This document shows, piece by piece, positions 29,910-38,583 of a DNA stretch of 64,000 bases. The notes below the pieces were generated by a model. The model was not told where the DNA came from and ran no database searches. It was given only the letters and a program-made list of their open reading frames with translations. The stretch's first letter is position 1. Every line of letters begins with the position of its first letter. The position numbers were made by a program, and so were the translations under genes. This stretch comes from an uncultured Acidobacteriota bacterium (GTDB lineage Bacteria; Acidobacteriota; Thermoanaerobaculia; UBA5066; Gp7-AA6): positions 181,624 to 245,623 of the forward strand of contig CAVZDB010000005.1 of the NCBI GenBank assembly GCA_963773905.1. Direction: 5' to 3'.

Positions 29910-29924
29910 GATTTCGGTCAGTCT

Positions 29925-31089
29925 CGATCGCCCGCCTGGAAGTTAGTTCTCCTTGTTCTGGCTGAAGTTGACCTGGTACGGCTTCCCGCTCTGCGCGATG
30001 GCGAGGAGGCGGTGGCAGAGCTTGCGCGAGACGGCCACGATGGCGCGCTTCCCGCCGCGGCGAGCCTTAATCCTGTCGTAGAAGCGCCGCATCTCCGGGT
30101 CCTTGCCGATCAGGATCCAGGAGCTCTCCACGAGGACGCTGCGAACGACCGGGTTACCCTGGCGCGTGATGTGACCGTGGCGGATGCGCTCGCCGCTGGA
30201 ATGCTCGGAGGGAGTCAGGCCGGCGTAGGAGCTCAATGCCTCGCCGTCGGGGAAGCGGGAGAAGTCCACGATCTCCACGACCAGCGTAAGCGCCGTCAGC
30301 CAGCCGATCCCAGGAATGGTCGACAGCAGCTCCACCATCGGCGCGTAGTCTTCGGACCGGGTCATCTGGCGCAGCTCCTTTGTCAACGCATCCACGCGGG
30401 CGTCCAGATCGAAATAGATACCGCGCAGCTCCTCGAGCACGCGATCGAGCGAGCGATCGTCAAGCTTCAGCCCGCGCAGCCACGCCTCGAAGTCCCCGCT
30501 CCAGTGCGCGCCCGCCTCTTCGGGAATCTCGATGTCGTAGGTTAAAAAGAACGACTTGATCCGCACCATCGCCGCGCAGCGCTCCCGCTGCACCCGGTGG
30601 CGCTGGCGAACCAGCTCGCGATCTGCACGCTGCCGCACTTCCGGAACGAAGATCGGCCTCAGCAACCCGGCCTCCAGAGTCCGCGCCAGCTTAAGCCCGT
30701 CCCGACGATCCGTCTTCACCCGGTTGCCGATCTCCCCAGGCACGTGCGCCGCGGACACCACCATCGAATCCACCTGGCGCAATCGCAGCCAGTCGTGTAG
30801 CCAGTATCCAAACGGCCCCGTCTCGTACGCGCTGTGGACCCGACATCCCTCAAACCGAGCTAGCAGCCCGTTAAGCGCCTCTCGCCTAGGAGGGAAGCTC
30901 GCACTCAGCAGCGTCTCGCCTCCAGACCGAGCCGTCACGTGCCAGGACGTCTTCGAAATATCCAGCCCCAGAAACACCTCGGATCCGCTCGCCAACCTCA
31001 CTCCATCGCGCATGGCCCTCCTCCTCACCCTCAGAGTGCCACGCAAGCCTCCCTTCCTCCGCCCGTCAGCCACGGCCCTAACATAGCGG
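29925..31089 (-). mobile_element. IS110-family insertion sequence inserted within a GGGGTCA-family site
   Basis: Flanks ggtcagtct (29916-29924) and tgattctttgattttt (from 31091) rejoin into ggtcagtcttgattct, matching the reverse complement of the intact site at 36101-36121; no TIR or long TSD. Confidence 0.8.
29943..31013 (-). CDS. IS110 family transposase/recombinase (DEDD RuvC-like plus Tnp20 domain)
   Basis: FLGLDISK, YETGPFG, VKTDRRDG, TIPGIG and YAGLTPSEHSSG; GAGGAGG RBS before ATG 31013. Confidence 0.95.
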   Translation of the reverse strand: MRDGVRLASGSEVFLGLDISKTSWHVTARSGGETLLSASFPPRREALNGLLARFEGCRVHSAYETGPFGYWLHDWLRLRQVDSMVVSAAHVPGEIGNRVKTDRRDGLKLARTLEAGLLRPIFVPEVRQRADRELVRQRHRVQRERCAAMVRIKSFFLTYDIEIPEEAGAHWSGDFEAWLRGLKLDDRSLDRVLEELRGIYFDLDARVDALTKELRQMTRSEDYAPMVELLSTIPGIGWLTALTLVVEIVDFSRFPDGEALSSYAGLTPSEHSSGERIRHGHITRQGNPVVRSVLVESSWILIGKDPEMRRFYDRIKARRGGKRAIVAVSRKLCHRLLAIAQSGKPYQVNFSQNKEN

Positions 31090-31117
31090 TTGATTCTTTG
31101 ATTTTTCGGCGGGTCTT

Positions 31118-31276
31118 GGGGTCAACGCTGAAAGGCTGAATCCAGGGATTCAGCGTGAACCCCATTCCTGCCCCATCGAATCAGATTCAGGGCTGACCCC
31201 AGCTAGCCCCAACCCGACAGCCGTGGTCAGCAGCGAATTCAACGTGGCGAACAATCAAAGAATCGGCACTGACCAC
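31118..31276. repeat. Cluster of GGGGTCA-family sites
   Basis: Dimer 31118-31163, then gaatcagattcagggctgacccc 31178-31200, then degenerate aatcaaagaatcggcactgacc 31253-31274. Confidence 0.8.
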
Positions 31277-31318
31277 TTAACGCTCCTCTCGCACGAGAGT
31301 CTCGAACTCGGCGTTCCG

Positions 31319-32747
31319 CTACCTCCTTGACCCCGGTCGACTAACAATGTGCGTGCAACGGAAACAGCCAATCCTGAAGTAGAGCGTGTTCGACACGATG
31401 GCCCCGGGGTTCTGCAAGCACTCGACGCTCGCTTCGCCCAGCGCACTCAATTCTGAAGCCGATACTTCAGTCGTGATCAGGTTCTCGGACTGGACCGTTG
31501 ACGGCCGCGGTTGGCCCCGCCACAGGACGACAGCGCCTGGAGCATGTGATTTCCCAAAACGTAAAGCGTTGTTGCCGGAGATCTCAACCGGACGTCGGTT
31601 GGGTCGAGATTGATGATCTTGGCTTCACGGCTTGGTAACGCAATGCCGTACCCCATCCGATTCAGGGCGTAGAGGTCCCACCCGTAATGTTGTCGTGTTC
31701 GCCACTCGCAAGAGTTGGGTCCATGATTCCAACGTAATAGCCGAATAGTTCATTCGCTTTCCAATGGCTTGCCTGTTGATGATCGCCACCGGAGCCATCA
31801 GGGCGGCCGGTCGATAGGGGGGCGAAACTCCCCTGGCTCCAGTAATCGTGGTCGCCGCCCGACGAGAGAACTCGATCTTCAGATGCGAAGGTAACTGGGC
31901 CCGGCCGGAAACGGTTGAAGTCCCACACGGACGCGACGAGGGGCAAACTCGGATCCAGCTCGGTGAATCCGACTGCCGACAGGAAACCCAAGGCGTGGCC
32001 GATTTCGTGCGTCGCGGTGCTAGAGAAGTCTGTCAAGAAGGGCTCGATACCGTCCGTAGGATCGAAATCCCAGGAAAATGCAGAATTGAAGCCGATTTGG
32101 GATGCTGGATCTGATGATGTCGCCGCTCGCAAGAGTCCGAGCTCCCGCATGACGGGCGACGGCGCCACCACGAGACTCACCGGGCCGATATCCGTCGGCA
32201 GACTTCCATGCGGCAGCGATTGGATTTCTGAGCTCGACCTGTAGAGGCTCGTTAACGCGGACCTAACGTCGGAGTAGTACTCGACGTCCACATCGGGTGA
32301 AGTTGAACCTAGGGTTTCCGGGTCCGAAAACGGCTCGCCAAATGCCGCCGGCCCGAAATCAACGTCGATGTACACGGTCATCGCGTTGGTTAGCAGGCTC
32401 TCCCAAAGGTCGGCTGCACGAATAAAGGCCGCCTTCGCCTCGGGATAACGCTCGAGTTGAGCGGTGCCGCGCAGGACGATCTTTAGGCCCGCTGCAACTT
32501 CGGAGATGGCCTCTCCTGATTCCGGCAAATGATTAATTTGATTCAGCTCGAGCCGGCTTCCGGCACGCCTTTCTATATCGCCTCGTCCAGAGAGTTCTGC
32601 TTCGCACCTGACCCGCCCCTCGCCTTTTCGAAGAACAAAGCGGATATCTCGGAACCCTCTTGAAGAGTAGTCCTCGCCAAAGGCGGCCCCAGTAAGGGCA
32701 ACGAAAGCGATCGCGGTCACGATCCACCGGCGTCGTTGCATACACAC
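31319..32747 (-). CDS. Secreted zinc metalloprotease (HEXXH) with probable C-terminal Ig-like domain, frameshifted near 31680 and 31550
   Basis: HEIGHALG, QASHWK and IMDPT; other frames continue to SNTLYFRIGCFRCTHIVSRPGSRR*; visibly lower GC. Confidence 0.75.
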
Positions 32748-32825
32748 CTCTCGACGAAGATCTACTACCCAACGTTCTTGCGATCGAGATGACTGAGGGA
32801 CATTTTACATGATTGGGCATTTGGC

Positions 32826-32890
32826 GGTCAGTCCTGATCTCTGATCTCGGGCTAGTTCGCAGAGCGCAATCAGAAATCAGGACTGAACCC
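32826..32890. repeat. GGGGTCA-family inverted dimer
   Basis: ggtcagtcctgatctctgat...atcagaaatcaggactgaaccc. Confidence 0.88.
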
Positions 32891-32938
32891 AATTAGCCCA
32901 AGAACAACCCACCCTGTGCTGCTCTCGACCCGTGAGTC

Positions 32939-33337
32939 CTACTTCTTCAGACTCGTCTTCCAGGTGCCGGTGTCGACGACCTTGCCCTTGTACAACGTCT
33001 CGAACTTTCCCGAGAACGTCGGGCCGGCCTTCGTGCTCGTGATCCGGGAAGAGGCCTTGTGGCCCTTGACCTCGAAGTCGTAGGCGGCCTCGATGGAGTC
33101 GCCCTTCACGGCGAGCGAGGTCATGGGGGATTTCGTTGGCTGCCCATCCAGCACGGCGATGACTTCGCCGGTCCAGTGGCCGCCTGGGCCCGGGGTGAAA
33201 GTGAGTTGATAGCCGCCGCTCTTGCCTGCCTTGTTGACCTACTCGCCGACGTACGTTCCGGCGATGTCTTCCTCGGCGAGCGCTGCGACGGACATCAGCA
33301 TCAGTGCCGACAGGGCAAATGCAAGGTTTCGTCTCAT
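32939..33337 (-). pseudogene. Cassette B copy 2 with an in-frame TAG
   Basis: Colinear with 29144-29548; the Tyr codon TAC is TAG at 33239-33241. Confidence 0.75.
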
Positions 33338-33368
33338 GGAGGCGAAGTTACCATCTCGGCCAGATGTG

Positions 33369-33390
33369 ATCAGAAATCAGGGCTGACCCC
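33369..33390 (-). repeat. GGGGTCA-family site
   Basis: atcagaaatcagggctgacccc. Confidence 0.85.
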
Positions 33391-33402
33391 AATTAGGCCG
33401 GT

Positions 33403-33690
33403 TCATTCGCTATAGTCGACCCATGTGACAGAGTTATAGGTACGCCAGTAATAAATGCGGTCGTCGCTATCGACATAGATCTGTGTCACGGCGTTCGGAT
33501 AGCTACCCCAAATGAGGATGTGTCCGCCGCGGCCATCGGGGCGGACATCCTCGGGTGGGCCCATGCCAGCGCCGGCGATAAATTCTGCTCCCGTGCTTCC
33601 CATCCATGAGTTCATTAACTTTTGTGTGCTTGTACACGATTGGGCCGCGAGTACGGATAGCAGCAGTAGGCTCCGCAGCAAGCGCTTCAT
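33403..33690 (-). CDS. Small putative lipoprotein
   Basis: MKRLLRSLLLLSVLAAQSC signal with Cys; GGAG RBS. Confidence 0.7.
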   Translation of the reverse strand: MKRLLRSLLLLSVLAAQSCTSTQKLMNSWMGSTGAEFIAGAGMGPPEDVRPDGRGGHILIWGSYPNAVTQIYVDSDDRIYYWRTYNSVTWVDYSE

Positions 33691-33814
33691 AGATTGCTCC
33701 TTCGACGACAGCAGGAGGGCTGGCCCAATTGTGCGCCTCCCGCCGCTTCTCGGCAATCGGCTTTTGATTCCGATCCTAGAAATGCGGGGCGCCTTTCAGC
33801 GCCCCGGTGTGCGA

Positions 33815-33894
33815 GGGGTCAGTCCTGATTCCTGACTTTACGGTTCGGCCGGCCCGCGGGACGGTTCAGGCAATCAGGGATCAGGACCGAACCC
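33815..33894. repeat. GGGGTCA-family inverted dimer
   Basis: ggggtcagtcctgattcctga...aatcagggatcaggaccgaaccc. Confidence 0.85.
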
Positions 33895-33939
33895 ACCTTC
33901 CCGCCTGGTCGCCGCCTTGCAGTCTTAATGCAATGATCC

Positions 33940-35006
33940 GGGGTCAATCGTGTATTCCTGTATTTCCCGCTTCGAAGAGGCAAGCCAGGCGGTCGACGTG
34001 ACCGCGAACTGAGTCGTCTCGCGTCATCAACTTCTCGAGCCTGGTCAGACCGCGGTGAAACGTCGACTCCTCGCGCCTGAAGCATCTCGCCATCCGGGCA
34101 ATCGAGAATCCCTCACGACAACCGAGATACGCAGCGATCAGCCGGGTCCGTGAGGCCGCCGAAGACTTTCCGGCCCGCCTCAGCTCTTCCAGGGAGAAGC
34201 CCTCCGCCTTGGCGACCGCATCGGCCAGGCTCTCAGGGGTCCACCCGCTGGGAAGTCGGACGGTCTCCCCCACGATCGCCATGGATCGCTGGACGAACTC
34301 CGGATCTCCCTTGACTGGGAAGCCGCCGGCGACGTCGTCGTAGGACTGCTGGTCGCGGTCTCCCATCATTCGCCGGTAGGCCGCCGCGGCCCCCCTCCGA
34401 TCCGACGCGAGTCGCCCCATCGCGACGTCCAGATCCAGCCAGTCTGGGCCACGTCCGCTTCGGTAGTAGCGATCGCTCGACCACGAGTACGACTCGGGCC
34501 GACTCACCATCCCGGCTCGGACCGGGTTGAGGTGGATGTATCGAAGCAGCGCGAAGAGGTACTTCTCATCTTGAATGAGAAAGGCCTTGTACCGCCCTTG
34601 GAAGAGATGGCCCGATCGCCGGTGCTTCGAGTTGAAACGCTGTGCGTAGAACGAATGCAGCGCCAGCATCGCGCGAGAGAGCGGAAACGGTCCACGCTCC
34701 ACCGCCACGTGAATGTGGTTGCTCATCAGGCAGTACGCCAGGATACGAAGCCGGAATCTCTCCCGGCACTCCGCAAGCCGCTCGAGGTAGATCTCACGAT
34801 CCCGGTCGTCGCGAAAGATGGCCTTGCGTTCGTTGCCGCGGGCAATCACATGGTAGACCGCCCCGGTGAGCTCAACCCGAAACGGCCGCGCCAACGACAC
34901 CTCCGCAGACACCGAGATCCTCTCCCTGCGTCTATCTAAGGTTGTCGCGAACGGTCACGCCCGCGGCGCGGCGAGCGAAGAATTACAGGAATACACGATT
35001 GACCCC
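33940..35006 (-). mobile_element. RAYT-like Y1 transposase unit bounded by perfect 23-bp inverted repeats
   Basis: ggggtcaatcgtgtattcctgta (33940-33962) and tacaggaatacacgattgacccc (34984-35006). Confidence 0.85.
33944..34894 (-). CDS. REP-associated tyrosine transposase-like Y1 HUH nuclease with C-terminal DnaA-C-like helical domain
   Basis: ARPFRVE..GAVYHVIARGNERKAIF, HUH motif YCLMSNHIH, GHLFQGRYKA, catalytic RYIHLNPVRAG and YSWSS; the stop codon lies in the left IR. Confidence 0.9.
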   Translation of the reverse strand: MARPFRVELTGAVYHVIARGNERKAIFRDDRDREIYLERLAECRERFRLRILAYCLMSNHIHVAVERGPFPLSRAMLALHSFYAQRFNSKHRRSGHLFQGRYKAFLIQDEKYLFALLRYIHLNPVRAGMVSRPESYSWSSDRYYRSGRGPDWLDLDVAMGRLASDRRGAAAAYRRMMGDRDQQSYDDVAGGFPVKGDPEFVQRSMAIVGETVRLPSGWTPESLADAVAKAEGFSLEELRRAGKSSAASRTRLIAAYLGCREGFSIARMARCFRREESTFHRGLTRLEKLMTRDDSVRGHVDRLACLFEAGNTGIHD

Positions 35007-35029
35007 TTAGAGCTCTTAGAGCTTCTCGA

Positions 35030-35224
35030 TCACGGCGTCGTCCGAGTGATCCGGGATCTCGAGAAGCGTGAGACAGGGCTTCTGAACCGCTTTCTCTCGT
35101 TTGCGGCTTTCGCGATTCGTCGCGTCTCCCACACGTACCACCCCAAACCAAACAGGGTAAGGATCCCGAGCACCGTGCTCACAACATGAAAGGAGGCATC
35201 TGTCATAGAGAGACAGGCAATCAA
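35030..35224 (-). other. Probable gene fragment (one TM helix) between sites
   Basis: VLGILTLFGLGWYVWETRRIAKA; short, bounded by sites at 35006 and 35282. Confidence 0.4.
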
Positions 35225-35281
35225 ATCACGAAGTCAGCACCGATCGGACCCAGAGCAGTACCAGACTAACCCCGGGACTCT

Positions 35282-35348
35282 GGGGTCAGTCCTGATCTCT
35301 GAACTCGGGCTGCTTCGGAGGGCGAAGTCAGAAATCAGGACTGACCCC
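35282..35348. repeat. GGGGTCA-family inverted dimer (best-conserved copy)
   Basis: ggggtcagtcctgatctctga...tcagaaatcaggactgacccc. Confidence 0.9.
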
Positions 35349-35394
35349 GATTAGCCGCCGAGGCCACGCCGGCGGCGCAGCGGCGGGACAAATG

Positions 35395-35412
35395 GGAATA
35401 CACGATTGACCC
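35395..35412 (-). repeat. Further copy of the RAYT terminal repeat
   Basis: ggaatacacgattgaccc, 16 bp from the stop codon at 35428. Confidence 0.85.
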
Positions 35413-35427
35413 GCTGGAGCTCCGCGA

Positions 35428-35985
35428 TCAGTAGTCCTTCGTCGTCATTGTGATTCGGAGTCGCGTCGTCGGCTGGAGCGATGCCGCGGGTAGAGACCAT
35501 GTCACCTGTTCTTGCTGGCCCTCGCCATTGTCGGGCGCCTTGAACTGCACAATCTCCGACTTCACCGACTCCTCCCCGTTCACTGCGTCGAGCCTCACGC
35601 TGACCATCTTGTCGTGGTTGTGCTTAGGGTTCTGTACCGCGACCTCCATCTCGACTTGGACTTGCCCGCCTGGGAGATCCTTGACGCGCATCCGGATGCC
35701 GGGGTCCCACTGCTTCTTGCGATCAAGGTCTGACCGGAAGAAGACTCCGTCACAGGAGAACTTGCCGAGCTCCCACCATTCGTGCAGGGTGAACCAGCTC
35801 CCGGAGCTCCCGGCCGGCCACTTTACCCGATCGCCGGCGGCAAAATCGGTCTCGAGAACCATCGGTGAATGAAAGGCGTTCGCGTCGACCGGCGTCGAGG
35901 CCTCCGATCCCTGTTTAGCCACGACCTGGGCGCCGGAAGTCGACGCCAATGTCAAAATCCACAATGAAATCAGCGCTATTCTCAT
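35428..35985 (-). CDS. Secreted hypothetical protein
   Basis: Signal peptide MRIALISLWILTLASTSGA; GGAG upstream. Confidence 0.75.
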   Translation of the reverse strand: MRIALISLWILTLASTSGAQVVAKQGSEASTPVDANAFHSPMVLETDFAAGDRVKWPAGSSGSWFTLHEWWELGKFSCDGVFFRSDLDRKKQWDPGIRMRVKDLPGGQVQVEMEVAVQNPKHNHDKMVSVRLDAVNGEESVKSEIVQFKAPDNGEGQQEQVTWSLPAASLQPTTRLRITMTTKDY

Positions 35986-36021
35986 AACTTCTCTCCATCA
36001 GCCGGATCGGAACGGCTCGAA

Positions 36022-36121
36022 GTCAGTCCTGATTGTCTGCAGATCGAAAAAGCAAAGAATCAGTACCAACTCCTTTCTCGACCCCATTTCTACCCGGAAA
36101 AGCAAGAATCAAGACTGACCC
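36022..36121. repeat. GGGGTCA-family sites (degenerate dimer)
   Basis: gtcagtcctgatt (36022) ... agcaagaatcaagactgaccc (36101-36121). Confidence 0.75.
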
Positions 36122-36143
36122 TCCACAAACCCATCGGAGCTAC

Positions 36144-37058
36144 TCAGCTCTCATCGAAATAATCCGAATCCAGGCGCTTCACTTGATACGTCCGAGCTTG
36201 TGAAACACCAATCTCAAAGTCGATCATGAGTTCGGCCAACCGACGCCCATCGATTAAAGCGACCTTGGGATCGATGTGCTCCACGTAGGCGAGTGCTTCC
36301 GCCGAAAATGACCCGGTCGTGATGAAGACGCCCTTCTTCGCGCGTTTGCCGTGCAGAGCACCCACAAACTTGTGGATTTCGGGGCGGCCCACCGTTCCGT
36401 CCCACCGCTTCGCCTGGAGGTAGACCACGTCGAGGCCAAGCCGATCCTCGCTGATGACGCCATCGATCCCTTCATCCCCCGACTTACCGATAGCCTGTCC
36501 AGCGTCCTTCCGCGAGCCCCCGTAGCCCATCTTCAGCAGCAACTCGACCACCAGTTCCTCGAAGAACGAAGGCGATGCCGCCTTCACGCGGGCGATGACT
36601 TCTGCTGCGAGACCTGCTCTGATCCTTGCGTGGGCCGCCTCAAGGGCTTCTTCCGGTGTTTCAGTTTCCTCTTGCGACGTCGCGCTCATGCCAGGCGTCG
36701 CTTCCTCTTGAGACCGGGCCGTCCTGAACTCGACAAACTCCGGATATCGATCGAGAAACTTGATGTCGACTCGGGTGGGAGGATTCTTGAGGACCTCCCG
36801 ACCTCTCTCGGTCAGCTGGAAGTGGCCGCGTCGCGGTGGAGCTGAGGAGCCCGGCTTGCTGAAGGTAGCTTCTCGCCCAAGCGACGCGATTCGCAAATCT
36901 GGTCTGCCGCCCGCTCGGAAGAAGCTCTTCCTTGTCGTCAGGAGTCAGCTGAACTCAACCGCGAGGGCGTTGGCCGCCGCAGCCAATGAATGGGCTTCGC
37001 CGTCGGCGGCAATTTGTAGGAGGGGCAGCATGAATGATTGGAAGTCAGGCACAGTCAT
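36144..37058 (-). CDS. mrr: Mrr type IV restriction endonuclease, frameshifted at about 36850-36960
   Basis: N-terminal MTVPDFQSFMLPLL and LLPSGRQ; C-terminal FFEELVVELL, SGDEGIDG, YLQAKRW and KGVFITT. Confidence 0.9.
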
Positions 37059-37124
37059 GAGGGCTATTATCTGCTCTCTGAGTGGAGTGGTCGCGCACGC
37101 CCCGCCAACGGTCGCAAGCGACAA

Positions 37125-37147
37125 TTCAGAGACTCAGGACTGACCCC
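37125..37147 (-). repeat. GGGGTCA-family site
   Basis: ttcagagactcaggactgacccc. Confidence 0.85.
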
Positions 37148-37171
37148 ACTCCTGCCGAACTAACGTTGCGC

Positions 37172-37459
37172 TTAGGGGCCAGGCAAGTTAACCCATTGAC
37201 CCGAAAACCGCTCATACCAAAGCTTCCGTACTTCTCTTTTGAGATCCCGATCGGTGAGTTTGCGGTAGTCGAGGTGGACTTCGATAATCAGGTCTCCGCC
37301 CATGTGAAGCGCGGAAGCCTCTTCGCTAGTCAGAATGACCGTCTTCATGAGCGGCGCGTCCATCCCATCGCCGATCATTAGGGATTTATTTTGAGGGACG
37401 ACCTCATCTTCTGGGGTCGATGACCGGCCCTCCAGAGTGATGACCGAGTAGGCATTCAC
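37172..37459 (-). CDS. Hypothetical protein; probably extends upstream through frameshifts
   Basis: Lower-GC ORF whose stop is 25 bp from a site; no recognisable motif. Confidence 0.4.
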   Translation of the reverse strand: MNAYSVITLEGRSSTPEDEVVPQNKSLMIGDGMDAPLMKTVILTSEEASALHMGGDLIIEVHLDYRKLTDRDLKREVRKLWYERFSGQWVNLPGP

Positions 37460-37991
37460 GTTGAGGGCTACCGACGTTCCGACGTTGCGGACGTGCGGCA
37501 GCAGGTTAATGGGGCCCGCCAGCCAACTGCCTTCCTAGCGACGGCGCCTCAACCATGAACTCGGGACTCTGAAGCGCCTGAGAGACGTGGAGAGTTCTGT
37601 CTGCTATTAACCAAGCTGCGACAACCGCGAAAATACGCGGCTCCCAGGGTAAGCTGAGCGATTGTTAGAGTTCGCCTGGCTACAACAAGGCTACTCTCAG
37701 CAATCTCAACCGACCTGTCGGCGATACCGTTCGCGCGGCGCGCGAGTTCGTTCGCGTCGCGTGTAAGCGGAAGACGATTGCTTTCCGCTAAAAGATGCGC
37801 GTGCAGGACTTCGAGGCTTGCGCTTCCCCCACATGGTGCGCGCTACGTTTTCGAACCGGGAGACGATTAGGTCGAAGCTCTTCTCGCCAGGGCCGCGTCA
37901 AACCTCGCTTTCATCTCGCCCAGGCGTTCGGTGACTTGTCGGGTTTCAGAGTCTGCGCGTAACGGGGCGCGTGTACGCTAGATCCTGAGCT

Positions 37992-38315
37992 TCAAGGCTT
38001 CTTCTCCTGCAAGGGTGTTGACTCACAAGAATAAGCCTCTCCAGATGCGTGAATGCCTGATGCGACGACGAATACAACATTTCCTCCCAAGTCCGCGGTC
38101 TTGTTTTGAAGTGTCTTCTCGGTGTTCGAGAGCCCGCCAGGCCGGTTCCTGCCGAGCCACCCCATCCCGAAGTCGCCTTGACATTCCCCAGGAACTTGCA
38201 ACCCTTGACAACGTCAGGGTTGCTCGTGACGCGCGCTGCTTTCACCCGCGGGAGTTGTCGACACGCAGGCATTGAATGTCAGCATCGCGACAGCCGTTAG
38301 GATCCTCGAGCTCAT
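37992..38315 (-). CDS. DUF4156-like lipoprotein, frameshifted
   Basis: MSSRILTAVAMLTFNAC lipobox; VKGCKFLGNV...LQNKTADLGGNVV...GEAYSC. Confidence 0.7.
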
Positions 38316-38583
38316 GCCAAGCAGCTCCTTTCGGTGGCCCGCCTCGCAGATGGAGATCGCCAGATTTCAACTCAAGAGTGCGGGGCGCTTTTCGGCGCCC
38401 GCATCGGCCTCAAAAAGCGGCCCCACCCCTTTGAAAACTGGTTTGCAATTCCTACCCTACCGCAAAACCCTCCCGAAGGATCCTGCACGAAAGTGCAGGT
38501 CCGTCATGCCGGCTCCAGGGACGGGATCGGCTCGGAGAGGTCGGGATTCTGGATGACAGGCGTGACGACGATGGGCGCGGAGC

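Noticed and set aside
21953-37147. GGGGTCA repeats as a CRISPR array or classical attC sites
   Set aside because: Spacing is gene-sized and irregular, copies occur in both orientations, no cas or intI gene is present, and no consistent RYYYAAC...GTTRRRY boxes were seen.
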